DNA from: Burkholderiales bacterium
Lineage (GTDB): Bacteria; Pseudomonadota; Gammaproteobacteria; Burkholderiales; Usitatibacteraceae
Direction: 5' to 3'
NCBI GenBank assembly: GCA_031424255.1
Contig: JANPHA010000231.1
Coordinates: 1 to 22,755 of the forward strand
DNA length: 22,755 nucleotides
A program made the translations under genes and the position numbers. The notes under the pieces are model-generated. The model was not told the DNA's origin and ran no database searches. It saw only the letters and a program-made list of their open reading frames with translations. This document shows, in pieces, positions 1 to 9,902 of this stretch (position 1 is the first letter of the stretch; each line of letters opens with the position of its first letter).

Positions 1-299
1 AGCACCTCGAGGGCGGTTGCGAACGCCGGAACCGACAGCGCGTGCGTGTCGATGCCTAGAAACAGCGGACCTTCGGTTTTCTGCCGCGCACGATGGTCGC
101 AAATCGCCTGAGCGATCGCGACGATGTGCGATTCGTTGAACGCCTTGTCAAACGCGCAACCGCGATGGCCCGAGGTGCCGAACCGAACGCGTTGCTGCGG
201 CACGGATGGCTCCGGGAGCAGCGCGTAGTACGCCGTGACGAGCCGCGGCACGTCGACGCGCATCGAAGCGGGGGCCGGGAGTCCGGCGAGGGGGCTCAC
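1..299 (-). CDS. pgm: Phosphoglucomutase, alpha-D-glucose-phosphate specific (N-terminal ~99 codons; gene runs off the window start)
   Basis: The reverse-complement translation from GTG (297-299) reads VSPLAGLPAPASMRVDVPRLVTAYYALLPEPSVPQQRVRFGTSGHRGCAFDKAFNESHIVAIAQAICDHRARQKTEGPLFLGIDTHALSVPAFATALEV. This is collinear with the E. coli Pgm N-terminus as I recall it, including FGTSGHRG, FNE.HI.AI.QAI and GKDTHALS.PAF. A GAGGAG Shine-Dalgarno lies just upstream on the minus strand (about 306-311). The ORF track omits it because it is truncated by the window edge. Confidence 0.85.
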   Translation of the reverse strand, partial: MSPLAGLPAPASMRVDVPRLVTAYYALLPEPSVPQQRVRFGTSGHRGCAFDKAFNESHIVAIAQAICDHRARQKTEGPLFLGIDTHALSVPAFATALEV

Positions 300-454
300 G
301 GGTTCTCCTCATTTCGATTCCTCGGGCTTGCCGATCAAAGGCAGAGACTACGTGAGGATTCCCGCGTCGGTCGGTTCGATAGCGAACAGACCGTCGCGGG
401 GCTCTTCGATATCCTCGTCTTATCCCGCATACCGGCGGTCATGTCGGGTTCGAA

Positions 455-3400
455 TTGAGCGAGAGCGGGCGAACGATTCTGCAGCGATTGTTCGAGATCA
501 GGGCGCACTTCGGTGGCCTGGACTCGCTGGGGAAGCACGCCGACGAGGAACCGCCGCTGCGATCGGAGCTTTTCAGCGCCGATCAGATGGAGCAGCACGG
601 CAAGAGCCTGGCGGCCGCGCATCGGGTGGCGCCGGGCCGCGCGCGCGACCGGTTGCTCGCGCGGCTGGCCGAAAACGAAGCCGTCCTGGTGGAAGTCTGC
701 GGCGATCTCACCGCCGCGGTCACTGCAAACCGCCGCATCACGCCCGGCGCGGAATGGCTGCTCGACAATTTCTATCTAATCGAAGAGCAGATTCGTACCG
801 CCAAGCGCCACCTGCCCAAGGGGTACAGCCGCGAGCTTCCCCGATTGGCGCATGGTCCTTCCGCCGGTCTTCCGCGCGTCTACGACCTCGCGTTGGAAGC
901 AATCTCGCACGGTGACGGCAGGGTCGACGTGGAGAGTCTTTCCCGTTTCGTGGCCGCATACCAAACGGTGACCCCGCTCAAGGTAGGCGAGTTGTGGGCC
1001 GTTCCCATCATGTTGCGGCTCGCGCTCATCGAGAATCTCCGCCGCGTCGGAGTCCGGATCGCGGCCGCCACGATCGATCGTGGCCGGGCCGATGCGTGGG
1101 CGGACCAGATGATCGACGTCGCCGAACAGGATCCCAGGAGCCTGATCCTGGTGATCGCGGACATGGCGCGCTCGAACCCGCCGATGGTGAGCTCGTTCGT
1201 CGCGGAGCTCGCGCGCCGGTTGCAGGGCCAGAGCGCCGCGTTGGCACTTCCGCTCACCTGGATCGAGCAGCGGCTCTCCGAGCTCGGCTTTTCGATCGAG
1301 CAGCTGGTGCAATCGGAAGCGCAGCAGCAGGCTGGCGTCCAGGTCTCGATCAGCAACACCATCGGCAGCCTTCGCTTCCTGGGAGCGATGGACTGGCGCG
1401 ATTTCGTCGAGTCGATGAGCGGTGTCGAGCGGAAGTTGCGGGAAGACCCGGGCGGGCATTACGGCCGGATGGATTTCGCGACGCGCGATCGGTACCGGCA
1501 CGTCGTGGAGGAGATCGCGAAAGGCAGCTCTCTCTCGGAAGTCGAGGTGGCGCGCAAGGCGATCCAGCTGGCCCATGAGCGCACCGCCGGCGCGGCCGGC
1601 AGAAGCGACGACCGCGCGGCCCACGTGGGTTTCTTTCTGGTCGACAAGGGGCGACCACGCCTCGAACGCGCGGCGCATATGCGCATGTCTGCCTCCGAGG
1701 CGTTGCGCAGGGTAGGGCGGAAAATCCCCTTGCTGGCGTACCTTGGCGCGATCACGGTGATTACGGCGGCCCTTACCGCGACCCTGTTGGCGAAGGCCCA
1801 CGGCGATGGCGCTGCGGACGATCTGCTCGTGCCGCTTGGAATCCTCTTGCTGTTGGCCACCAGCCAACTCGCCGTGGGGATGGTGAATTGGGTCGCGACA
1901 TTGCTCGTCACGCCGCGCCCTTTGCCGCGCATGGACTTTTCGCGGGGGATTTCGCCTGAGTCACGCACGCTGGTGGCGGTGCCGACGCTGCTTACCGGCG
2001 CCGCGAGCATCGAAGCCCTGGTCGAGGCGCTGGAGGTTCGGTTCCTCGCCAATCGCGACGTCAATCTGCATTATTGCCTGCTTACGGATTTTCAGGACGC
2101 GTCCGCGGAAACGCTGCCCGAGGACGATTCGTTTTTGCAGCTCGCTCGAAAAGGCATCGAAGACCTGAACGAGAGGTACCCGCGCGCGGCGGATCCGGCC
2201 GGCGACACGTTCTTTCTCCTTCACCGTCCGCGCCGCTGGAATCCGACTGAAAAAGTGTGGATGGGATACGAGCGCAAGCGTGGGAAGCTCGCGGACCTGA
2301 ATTCGTTTCTGCGCGGCGGCGCGAAGGATCGCTTCTCGCTCGTCGTGGGTGAGACCGCGGTGCTCTCCGGCGTGAAATACGTGATCACGCTCGATACCGA
2401 CACGCAACTGCCGCGCGACTCGGCGCGCCAGTTCGTCGGCGTGATGGCGCATCCGTTGAATCGCGCGCGCTTCGATGATTCCGGCGGGCGCAAGGGCGGC
2501 GAGCGGGTGACCGAAGGCTACGGAATCCTCCAGCCGCGCGTGAGCGTGAGCCTCCCCGGCGCGAACCGCTCGTGGTACGCGCGCATGCACCGCGGAGAGC
2601 CGGGCATCGATCCCTATACGCGCGCCATCTCCGACGTATACCAGGACGTGTCCGACGAGGGTTCCTTCATCGGAAAGGGGATTTACGATGTCGACGCGTT
2701 CGAGCGGGCCCTCGATGGGCGCTTTCCCGAGAACCGCATCCTCAGCCACGACCTGCTCGAGGGGTGCTATGCGCGCTCGGGATTGTTGAGCGACGTGCAG
2801 TTGTACGAGGAGTATCCGTCGAGCTATGGCGCGGACATGAGCCGCCGGCACCGCTGGATTCGCGGCGACTGGCAACTGGCGGGATGGCTGCTCCCGCTCG
2901 TGCCCGGCCCCGGCAAGCACCGGCTGGCAAATCCGTTGTCGGGGCTCTCGCAGTGGAAGCTCTTCGACAACCTGCGTCGCAGCCTCGTCCCTGCGGCGTT
3001 GACGCTGCTGCTGCTCCTCGGATGGACCATGCTCGCGAATGCCTGGCTATGGACCCTGGCGGTGATCGCGATCCTCGTGCTTCCCTCGGCGAGTGCCCTC
3101 ATCGTGGAATTGATGCGCAAGCCGGACGAGGTGCCGGTGCGGCAGCATCTCGCCGCCATGGCGGACGTGGCCGCCCGGCACGCCGCTCAAGCGTTGCTGA
3201 CGCTGGCATTCCTTCCGTACGAGGCGACGGTCGCCCTCGATGCGATCGCGCGCACCGCGTGGCGGATGCTCGTGACGCACCGACGGCTTCTCGAATGGAA
3301 TGCGTCGGCCGCCGAATCGGACACGACGGCCCGGTCGATGGGGATCGCGCCGGTCGGCGCCACGGCAGCAGCGATCGTATTGGCGGTATCGGCGCCGTCG

Positions 3401-6400
3401 GCGCTCGCGGTCGCCGCGCCGATCCTTTTCCTGTGGTTCGCCTCGCCGGTCATCGCATGGTGGATCAGCCGGCCGCTCGCCCGTCGCGAAGCGCGGCTCA
3501 CGTCGGATCAGGCGCGCTTCCTGCGCAATCTGGCGCGAAGGACATGGGCGTTCTTCGAGACTTACGTCGGTCCGGACGACCACTGGCTTCCACCGGACAA
3601 CTTCCAGGAGCATCCGGTCGCCACCGTTGCGCATCGCACGTCGCCGACGAACATGGGGCTTGCGCTGCTGGCGAACCTGACGGCCTACGATTTCGGCTAC
3701 ATCCCCGCCGGACAACTCCTCTCGCGCACCGCGAACGCGCTGGGCACCATGAAGGCGATGGAGCGGTTCGAGGGGCACTTCTACAACTGGTACGACACGC
3801 AGTCGCTGAAGCCGCTGCGGCCTCTCTATGTCTCGGCGGTGGACAGCGGAAACCTCGCCGGTCACCTGATGACCTTGCGGCCGGGGCTGCTCGCGCTGGC
3901 CGACGACCGGATCATGGACCTGCGATGGTTCGAAGGTTTGAGCGACACGTTGCGCACACTTTGTGACGCCGTGGGCTCGGGCGCTCCGGCGTCGCTCGTT
4001 CGCCTGGAAAGGGCGGTGGAGACCGCTTACGACTCCCGGCCCGTGACCATGGCGGCGGCACGGCAATGGCTCGACCGGCTCGAGGCGAGTGTGGCCGAGG
4101 TCGCCGCACAGGTCGGCGGCGCGCCCGGGAGCGACACCACGTTCTGGGCCGAGGCCCTCGTGCGCCAGTGCCGGACCATGCAGGAGGAGATGGCCGGTTT
4201 CGCCGACGTGGCAGGCGACCGGGAGATTCCGACATTGCGCGAGCTCGGCCCTCACGCCACCGAGCGGCTCGCGCAGATCGAGAGCCTCGCGCTGCAATGC
4301 GACGAGCTCGCCGGCATGAAGTACGACTTTCTCTACGACCGCACGCGTCACCTGCTGGCCATCGGGTACAACGTGGGCGAGCGCAGGCTCGATCCGAGCT
4401 ACTACGACCTGCTCGCATCGGAAGCGAGGTTCTCCAGCTTCGTCGCGATATCGCAGGGACAGTTGCCGCAGGAGAGCTGGTTCGCGTTGGGGCGACTGCT
4501 CACGACCTCGGGGGGCCAAACGGTCCTTCTCTCCTGGAGCGGCTCGATGTTCGAGTACCTGATGCCGCTCCTGGTGATGCCCACCTACGACAACACGCTG
4601 CTGGACCAGACCTATCGTGTGACCGTGGCGCGGCAGATCGCGTACGGCAAGCAGCGCGGCGTGCCCTGGGGCATGTCGGAGTGCGGCTACAACGCGGTCG
4701 ATGCGAGCCTGAATTACCAGTACCGCGCCTTCGGAGTCCCGGGCCTGGGGTCGAAGCGCGGGCTCGCGGACGATCTGGTCATTGCGCCCTATGCGTCGGC
4801 GCTCGCGCTGATGGTGGAGCCGGAGGCGTCATGCATCAACCTGCAGCGGCTCGCGGCCGACGGGCTCGCCGGAAGATTCGGCCTCTACGAGGCCATCGAC
4901 TACACCCCGTCGCGCCTGCCGCGCGGGCAAACCAGTGTCGTCGTGCGCTCCTTCATGGCGCATCACCAGGGCATGATCCTGCTGTCGCTGGCGCACCTGC
5001 TGCTCGCCCGTCCGATGCAGAAGCGTTTCGAGTCGGAGCCGCTGTTCAAGGCGACCCTGCTGTTGTTGCAGGAGCGCATTCCAAAAGCCGCCACGCACTT
5101 TTCGCACCCTGCCGAGCTTTCCTCGGCGCACGGGGTCTCCGTCGGTCCGGGGGCGCCGGTTCGCGTGCTCGGCAGTCCCGACACGCCGATACCGGAAGTG
5201 CAGCTCCTGTCGAACGGCCGCTATCACGTCATGGTCACCAACGCGGGCGGGGGAAGCAGCCGGTGGAAGGACCTCGCCGTCACTCGCTGGCGCGAAGATG
5301 GCACCTGCGACAACTGGGGCACGTTCTGCTACATCCGCGACGTAGCGAGCGGCGAGTACTGGTCGACCGCGCATCAGCCCACGCTCAAGCGCCCCTCGCA
5401 TTACGAAGCGATATTCACCGAGGCGCGCGCGGAATTTCGCCGCGTCGACAACGACTTCGAATCGCATACGGAGATCGCGGTTTCGCCGGAAGACGACATC
5501 GAGCTGAGGCGGCTGCACATCACCAACCGCTCGCGCACGCGGCGCACGATCGATGTCACGAGCTACGCCGAAGTCGTCCTCGCGTCGAGCGCCGCGGACG
5601 CGCTGCACCCGGCCTTTTCCAATCTCTTCGTGCAGACGGAGATCATCGGTGAGCGCCACGCCATCCTGTGCACGCGCCGGCCCCGTTCACGCGACGAGCA
5701 GGCGCCCTGGATGTTGCATCTCATGGCCGTCCACGGGGCGGAGTCGGTGGACGTTTCCTACGAGACGGACCGCATGGCGTTCATCGGGCGGGGACGCACG
5801 GTGACCGCTCCCCAGGCGATGATCGATGCCGGAAATCTGTCCGGCAGCCAGGGCTCGGTGCTGGATCCGGTCGTCGCGATCCGGCATCGCGTCACGCTCG
5901 AATCGCAGCAAACGGCGACGATCGACATCGCTTCCGGCATGGCGGAAACGCGCGACGCCGCGTTGAGCCTCGTCGCAAAATACCAGGATCGGCGGCTGGC
6001 GGACCGCGTTTTCGACCTCGCATGGACGCACAGCTGGGTGGCGCTGCGGCAGATCAATGCCACGGAGTCCGATGCGCAGCTCTATGCGCGCCTCGCCAGC
6101 TCCGTCATCTATGCCAATGCCTCGCTGCGTGCGCAACCCAAGGTTCTCGTCAGGAATCGGCGCGGGCAGTCCGGGCTGTGGAGCTACGCAATCTCGGGGG
6201 ACCTGCCGATCGTCCTGTTGCAGATCGGCGACGCGGAAAACATCGATCTCGTTCGCCGCATGGTGCAGGCGCACGCGTACTGGCGCTTGAAGGGATTGGT
6301 TGTCGACCTCGTGATCTGGAACGAGGACCGCGGCGGATACCGGCAGGTCCTCCAGGAACAGATCATGGGGCTGATCGCCGCCGGCGTCGAAGCGCACGTG

Positions 6401-9064
6401 ATCGATCGGCCGGGCGGGATCTTCGTGCGGCGAGCGGAGCAGATCGCGGACGAGGACCGCATCCTGCTCCAGTCCGTCGCGCGCGCCATCCTCACCGATG
6501 GCCGCGGGAGCCTGGTGGAGCAGGTCGCCCGTCGCGGTCCCGCGGAAGTGCGCGTGCCGCGCCTCGTGCCGACCCGAAGCCATCGTGCCGAGAGCATGGC
6601 CGTCGAGCTGCCCGCGCGCGACTTGATCCTCTTCAACGGGCTGGGGGGATTCACGCCGGATGGCACCGAGTACGTCATCACGACGCTCCCGGGCCAGACG
6701 ACGCCCGCGCCCTGGGCCAATGTGCTGGCGAACCCGAGCTTCGGGACGATGATTTCCGAAAGCGGGCTCGCCTATACGTGGAGCGAAAACGCCCACGAGT
6801 TCCGTCTCTCGCCCTGGCACAACGACCCGGTGAGCGATGCGAGCGGGGAAGCGCTCTTCCTTCGCGACGAAGAGTCGGGGCATTACTGGTCGCCCGCGCC
6901 GTTGCCCAGCCGCGGCGCCGGCGCCTACGTCACGCGACATGGATTCGGCTACAGCGTCTTCGAGCACCGCGAGGATGGAATCCACTCCGAGCTGTGGGTG
7001 TACGTGGCTATCGATGCGTCGGTGAAATTCTCGGTGCTCAAGGTTCGAAACACCTCGGGGCGCTCACGCCGGCTCTCGGCGACCGGCTACGTGGAGTGGG
7101 TGCTCGGAGACTTGCGGCCGAAGACGGCGATGCACGTGATCACCGAGATCGAGCCGAAGAGCGGCGCGCTCATGGCCCGCAACTCGTACAACACGGAGTT
7201 TCCCGACCGCGTCGCATTCTTCGACGTGGACGATCCGGCCCGCAGCGTAAGCGGTGACCGCACCGAATTCCTGGGACGCAACGGCTCGCTTCGCAATCCG
7301 GCCGCGATGGCGCGAGCGCGGCTTTCCGGCAAGGTGGGTGCCGCGCTCGATCCTTGCGCTGCCATACAGGTCGCGATCGAGCTGGCCGATGGCGAGGAGC
7401 GCGAGGTGGTCTTCAGGCTCGGCCTAGGCCGGCATGCAGTCGACGCAGCGAGCCTTGTGCAACGCTTCCGGGGAGCGTCCGCCGCTCGCGACGCGTTGGA
7501 CGCGGTGCGAGCGCACTGGAAGCGCGCGCTGGGCGCGGTGCAGGTGGAAACGCCGGACGCGTCGCTCAACGTGTTGGCCAACGGCTGGCTTCTGTACCAG
7601 ACGATCGCGTGCCGCCTGTTCGGGCGGACCGGCTACTACCAATCGGGCGGGGCCTTCGGCTTCCGCGACCAGTTGCAGGACGTGATGGCGCTCGTCCACG
7701 CGGAACCGGCGCTCACGCGCGCGCACCTGCTTCGCTGCGCAGGCCGCCAGTTCGTGGAAGGCGATGTCCAGCATTGGTGGCATCCGCCGACGGGCCGGGG
7801 TGTGCGCACGCGTTGCTCGGATGACTATCTCTGGCTGCCGCTCGCGGCGGCGCGCTATGTAAAAGCGACCGGAGACCGCGGCGTTCTGGATGAATCGGTC
7901 GCTTTCCTGGAAGGCCGCGCCGTGAACGCGGGGGACGACTCCTACTACGATCTGCCGAGCCGCTCCGGGAAATCGGCCAGCGTTTATCAGCACTGCGTGC
8001 GCGCCATCGAGCATGGCCTGCGATACGGCGCGCACGGATTGCCGCTCATGGGCTCGGGCGACTGGAACGACGGCATGAACCTGGTCGGGATCAAGGGCGC
8101 GGGCGAAAGCGTGTGGCTCGGCTTCTTCCTTTGCGCCGTGCTCGAGCAGTTCAGCGAGGTCGCGCGCCTGCAGGGTGACTACTCGTTCGTCCAGCGATGC
8201 GAAGCGGAGGGAATCGCGCTGCGCCGCAACCTCGATCAGCACGGCTGGGATGGCGAGTGGTATCGGCGAGCGTACTTCGACGACGGCTCGCCGCTGGGTT
8301 CCATGAGCAATGTCGAGTGCCGCATCGACTCCGTTTCGCAGAGCTGGTCGGTGCTGTCGGGCGCGGGCGATGCGAAGCGATCTCGCATGGCGATGAAGGC
8401 GGTCGATGAGCGCCTTGTGCGCCGCGACCACGCGTTGATCCAGCTCCTGGATCCGCCCTTCGACAAATCGGATCTCGACCCCGGCTACATCCGCGGCTAC
8501 GTCCCGGGCGTGCGGGAGAATGGCGGCCAGTACACGCACGGCGCGATCTGGGCGGCGATGGCTTTCGCCGCCATGGGCGATCGCGAACGCGCCTGGGAGC
8601 TCACCGCGATGATCAACCCGGTGAACCGTGCGCGAACGCCGCAGGATGTGGCGACCTACAAGGTGGAGCCGTACGTGATCTGCGCCGATGTCTATGCCGT
8701 CGCGCCGCACACCGGCCGCGGCGGATGGAGCTGGTACACGGGCTCGGCGGGCTGGATGTACCGTCTGATCGTCGAATCGCTGCTCGGGCTCGTGCTCGAG
8801 AAGGCTTGTCTTCGCTTCGCGCCGTGTCTTCCCGCATCGTGGACCGCGTTCACGATTCGCTACCGGTACCGCGAGACCCCGTATGTCATCTCCGTGAGGC
8901 AGACCCTCGCCGATCGTGGCGACGGAATCCACGCGGCCCGTGTCACTGTGGATGGCGTGGTGCAAACGGATGGCGCGGTGCACCTCGTCGACGATCGCGC
9001 CGAGCACCGGGTTTTGGTCGAGGTGCAAGCGCCTCATCCTGCCTCTGCTCAAAGCGGAAGATAA
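455..9064 (+). CDS. ndvB: Cyclic beta-1,2-glucan synthase (NdvB/ChvB/Cgs family): membrane-anchored GT84-type glycosyltransferase region plus C-terminal GH94 phosphorylase-like region
   Basis: Single uninterrupted 2869-aa ORF, the size class of NdvB/ChvB. It has hydrophobic TM clusters around aa 430-500 and 870-1000. The glycosyltransferase DxD motif is [11 protein letters not shown] (D647/D649, nt ~2393), followed by HDLLEG and [11 protein letters not shown]. The C-terminal part carries cellobiose-phosphorylase-like motifs ([27 protein letters not shown]). The start is a TTG at 455. The conserved [23 protein letters not shown] block lies downstream of it, so the start cannot be much later. 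Confidence 0.9.
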   Translation: MSESGRTILQRLFEIRAHFGGLDSLGKHADEEPPLRSELFSADQMEQHGKSLAAAHRVAPGRARDRLLARLAENEAVLVEVCGDLTAAVTANRRITPGAEWLLDNFYLIEEQIRTAKRHLPKGYSRELPRLAHGPSAGLPRVYDLALEAISHGDGRVDVESLSRFVAAYQTVTPLKVGELWAVPIMLRLALIENLRRVGVRIAAATIDRGRADAWADQMIDVAEQDPRSLILVIADMARSNPPMVSSFVAELARRLQGQSAALALPLTWIEQRLSELGFSIEQLVQSEAQQQAGVQVSISNTIGSLRFLGAMDWRDFVESMSGVERKLREDPGGHYGRMDFATRDRYRHVVEEIAKGSSLSEVEVARKAIQLAHERTAGAAGRSDDRAAHVGFFLVDKGRPRLERAAHMRMSASEALRRVGRKIPLLAYLGAITVITAALTATLLAKAHGDGAADDLLVPLGILLLLATSQLAVGMVNWVATLLVTPRPLPRMDFSRGISPESRTLVAVPTLLTGAASIEALVEALEVRFLANRDVNLHYCLLTDFQDASAETLPEDDSFLQLARKGIEDLNERYPRAADPAGDTFFLLHRPRRWNPTEKVWMGYERKRGKLADLNSFLRGGAKDRFSLVVGETAVLSGVKYVITLDTDTQLPRDSARQFVGVMAHPLNRARFDDSGGRKGGERVTEGYGILQPRVSVSLPGANRSWYARMHRGEPGIDPYTRAISDVYQDVSDEGSFIGKGIYDVDAFERALDGRFPENRILSHDLLEGCYARSGLLSDVQLYEEYPSSYGADMSRRHRWIRGDWQLAGWLLPLVPGPGKHRLANPLSGLSQWKLFDNLRRSLVPAALTLLLLLGWTMLANAWLWTLAVIAILVLPSASALIVELMRKPDEVPVRQHLAAMADVAARHAAQALLTLAFLPYEATVALDAIARTAWRMLVTHRRLLEWNASAAESDTTARSMGIAPVGATAAAIVLAVSAPSALAVAAPILFLWFASPVIAWWISRPLARREARLTSDQARFLRNLARRTWAFFETYVGPDDHWLPPDNFQEHPVATVAHRTSPTNMGLALLANLTAYDFGYIPAGQLLSRTANALGTMKAMERFEGHFYNWYDTQSLKPLRPLYVSAVDSGNLAGHLMTLRPGLLALADDRIMDLRWFEGLSDTLRTLCDAVGSGAPASLVRLERAVETAYDSRPVTMAAARQWLDRLEASVAEVAAQVGGAPGSDTTFWAEALVRQCRTMQEEMAGFADVAGDREIPTLRELGPHATERLAQIESLALQCDELAGMKYDFLYDRTRHLLAIGYNVGERRLDPSYYDLLASEARFSSFVAISQGQLPQESWFALGRLLTTSGGQTVLLSWSGSMFEYLMPLLVMPTYDNTLLDQTYRVTVARQIAYGKQRGVPWGMSECGYNAVDASLNYQYRAFGVPGLGSKRGLADDLVIAPYASALALMVEPEASCINLQRLAADGLAGRFGLYEAIDYTPSRLPRGQTSVVVRSFMAHHQGMILLSLAHLLLARPMQKRFESEPLFKATLLLLQERIPKAATHFSHPAELSSAHGVSVGPGAPVRVLGSPDTPIPEVQLLSNGRYHVMVTNAGGGSSRWKDLAVTRWREDGTCDNWGTFCYIRDVASGEYWSTAHQPTLKRPSHYEAIFTEARAEFRRVDNDFESHTEIAVSPEDDIELRRLHITNRSRTRRTIDVTSYAEVVLASSAADALHPAFSNLFVQTEIIGERHAILCTRRPRSRDEQAPWMLHLMAVHGAESVDVSYETDRMAFIGRGRTVTAPQAMIDAGNLSGSQGSVLDPVVAIRHRVTLESQQTATIDIASGMAETRDAALSLVAKYQDRRLADRVFDLAWTHSWVALRQINATESDAQLYARLASSVIYANASLRAQPKVLVRNRRGQSGLWSYAISGDLPIVLLQIGDAENIDLVRRMVQAHAYWRLKGLVVDLVIWNEDRGGYRQVLQEQIMGLIAAGVEAHVIDRPGGIFVRRAEQIADEDRILLQSVARAILTDGRGSLVEQVARRGPAEVRVPRLVPTRSHRAESMAVELPARDLILFNGLGGFTPDGTEYVITTLPGQTTPAPWANVLANPSFGTMISESGLAYTWSENAHEFRLSPWHNDPVSDASGEALFLRDEESGHYWSPAPLPSRGAGAYVTRHGFGYSVFEHREDGIHSELWVYVAIDASVKFSVLKVRNTSGRSRRLSATGYVEWVLGDLRPKTAMHVITEIEPKSGALMARNSYNTEFPDRVAFFDVDDPARSVSGDRTEFLGRNGSLRNPAAMARARLSGKVGAALDPCAAIQVAIELADGEEREVVFRLGLGRHAVDAASLVQRFRGASAARDALDAVRAHWKRALGAVQVETPDASLNVLANGWLLYQTIACRLFGRTGYYQSGGAFGFRDQLQDVMALVHAEPALTRAHLLRCAGRQFVEGDVQHWWHPPTGRGVRTRCSDDYLWLPLAAARYVKATGDRGVLDESVAFLEGRAVNAGDDSYYDLPSRSGKSASVYQHCVRAIEHGLRYGAHGLPLMGSGDWNDGMNLVGIKGAGESVWLGFFLCAVLEQFSEVARLQGDYSFVQRCEAEGIALRRNLDQHGWDGEWYRRAYFDDGSPLGSMSNVECRIDSVSQSWSVLSGAGDAKRSRMAMKAVDERLVRRDHALIQLLDPPFDKSDLDPGYIRGYVPGVRENGGQYTHGAIWAAMAFAAMGDRERAWELTAMINPVNRARTPQDVATYKVEPYVICADVYAVAPHTGRGGWSWYTGSAGWMYRLIVESLLGLVLEKACLRFAPCLPASWTAFTIRYRYRETPYVISVRQTLADRGDGIHAARVTVDGVVQTDGAVHLVDDRAEHRVLVEVQAPHPASAQSGR

Positions 9065-9070
9065 GGGTAA

Positions 9071-9090
9071 AATTGCGGTATGTCGCAATT
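9071..9090 (+). promoter_or_regulatory. Perfect 7-bp inverted repeat AATTGCG-N6-CGCAATT centred on the start codon of the first copper-cluster gene, overlapping a TAAAAT hexamer (9068-9073)
   Basis: Read directly: aattgcg gtATGt cgcaatt, with the ATG at 9080-9082 in the 6-nt spacer. TAAAAT matches the -10 consensus at 5 of 6 positions and ends 6 nt before the ATG. I found no good -35. Function as operator, RNA hairpin or chance is unknown. Confidence 0.3.
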
Positions 9091-9496
9091 CGTTCGTTAC
9101 CTGCTCGCATGGGTCTTTGTTGCGCTGCTGCCTGTCCAAGGGTTCGCGGCGGCGGCAATGATTTCGTGCGGGCCGATGCATGCGCACCAAGTCGCCGGGG
9201 TTCACGAGTCCCATCACCACTCGGATGGGGACTCTGACCACCACCCCGGACACGGCGAGTCGGCGGGGAGGAATGGCGCTGGCTCTGAAGAATCGTCTCC
9301 AGCGCTTCCCGACCTTTTCAAAATCAAATGCAGTGCGTGCGCTGCCTGTTGCACGGTCTCGGCTGCGCCCGCGCCGTCGATACCCTTCGTCTCGCTGGCC
9401 AAGTCGCACCTGGTCACTTCTCTCTTCTTCGACTGGTCCGACCACAGCATCGTCCCCCCCGGACTCGAACGACCACCCCGCACACCCCTGGCGTAA
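9080..9496 (+). CDS. Small exported His/Cys-rich protein (putative metal-binding; resembles CopL by description and DUF2946 by motif layout)
   Basis: 138 aa. N-terminal signal or TM segment LLAWVFVALLPVQGFAAAA. His cluster MHAHQVAGVHESHHHSDGDSDHHPGHGE. Cys cluster KCSACAACC. C-terminal PPGLERPPRTPLA. It is the first gene of a co-directional copper cluster. Its third-position GC is lower than in ndvB, but the frame is the only one here with a signal peptide and motif content. Confidence 0.55.
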   Translation: MSQFVRYLLAWVFVALLPVQGFAAAAMISCGPMHAHQVAGVHESHHHSDGDSDHHPGHGESAGRNGAGSEESSPALPDLFKIKCSACAACCTVSAAPAPSIPFVSLAKSHLVTSLFFDWSDHSIVPPGLERPPRTPLA

Positions 9497-9563
9497 CCAG
9501 CACTTCGCAAGTTCGCGTTGCGCGTTCATCGCGCGTCACTGACTGGTTGTAGGGGTAAAGCAA

Positions 9564-9902
9564 ATGCAGGTATTCAAGTGGCTCGGCCTTGTGGCCGCGT
9601 TGCATGCCGCGCCGTCCTGGTCACAGGAGTCGGCGCATTCGGCGCATCAACGACAAGAATCTGTCTCGAGCAAATCGGAGGCCGCTGCGCTTCCTGCTTC
9701 CGCGCCGGCCTCGGGGTTCAAATCGGCATTTTCGGACTATCGGTCGTTCATGCCGAACGGGGCTCTGAAGGACTGGCGGTTGGCCAACGATGAAGTACGA
9801 GAGGCGGGTGGGCAGATGGGCCTCATGAAGGGCGGCACGCCCGCACAACCCGTGTCCGACGAACCACATACTGGACACGTCCAAACGAGGACCAAGCCAT
9901 GA
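9564..9902 (+). CDS. Small exported protein of unknown function, translationally coupled to the TolC-family gene
   Basis: 112 aa with signal peptide MQVFKWLGLVAALHAAPSWS. The upstream context is GGGGTAAAGCAAATG. Its stop overlaps the next start as ATGA (9899-9902). Mature region motif: FSDYRSFMP...DWRLANDEVREAGGQMGLMKGG. No family is recognised with certainty. Confidence 0.55.
   Translation: MQVFKWLGLVAALHAAPSWSQESAHSAHQRQESVSSKSEAAALPASAPASGFKSAFSDYRSFMPNGALKDWRLANDEVREAGGQMGLMKGGTPAQPVSDEPHTGHVQTRTKP

Noticed and set aside
93-915. Plus-strand ORFs 93-458 and 235-915 over the pgm 5' end and the intergenic region.
   Set aside because: The minus strand at 1-299 gives an unmistakable phosphoglucomutase N-terminus. 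From 455 the ndvB-like frame takes over. The competing ORFs are low-complexity.
7424-9529. 701-aa minus-strand ORF spanning the ndvB 3' end and the His/Cys-rich ORF. Similar long antisense or alternate-frame ORFs include 776-1867, 1961-2920, 3047-4519, 5687-6985, 4066-5652 and 5668-7257.
   Set aside because: These are typical stop-poor shadow frames of a ~70% GC gene. Their translations are Arg/Ala/Pro/Gly-rich low-complexity sequence with no motifs. The plus-strand frame carries a continuous, motif-rich glucan synthase.
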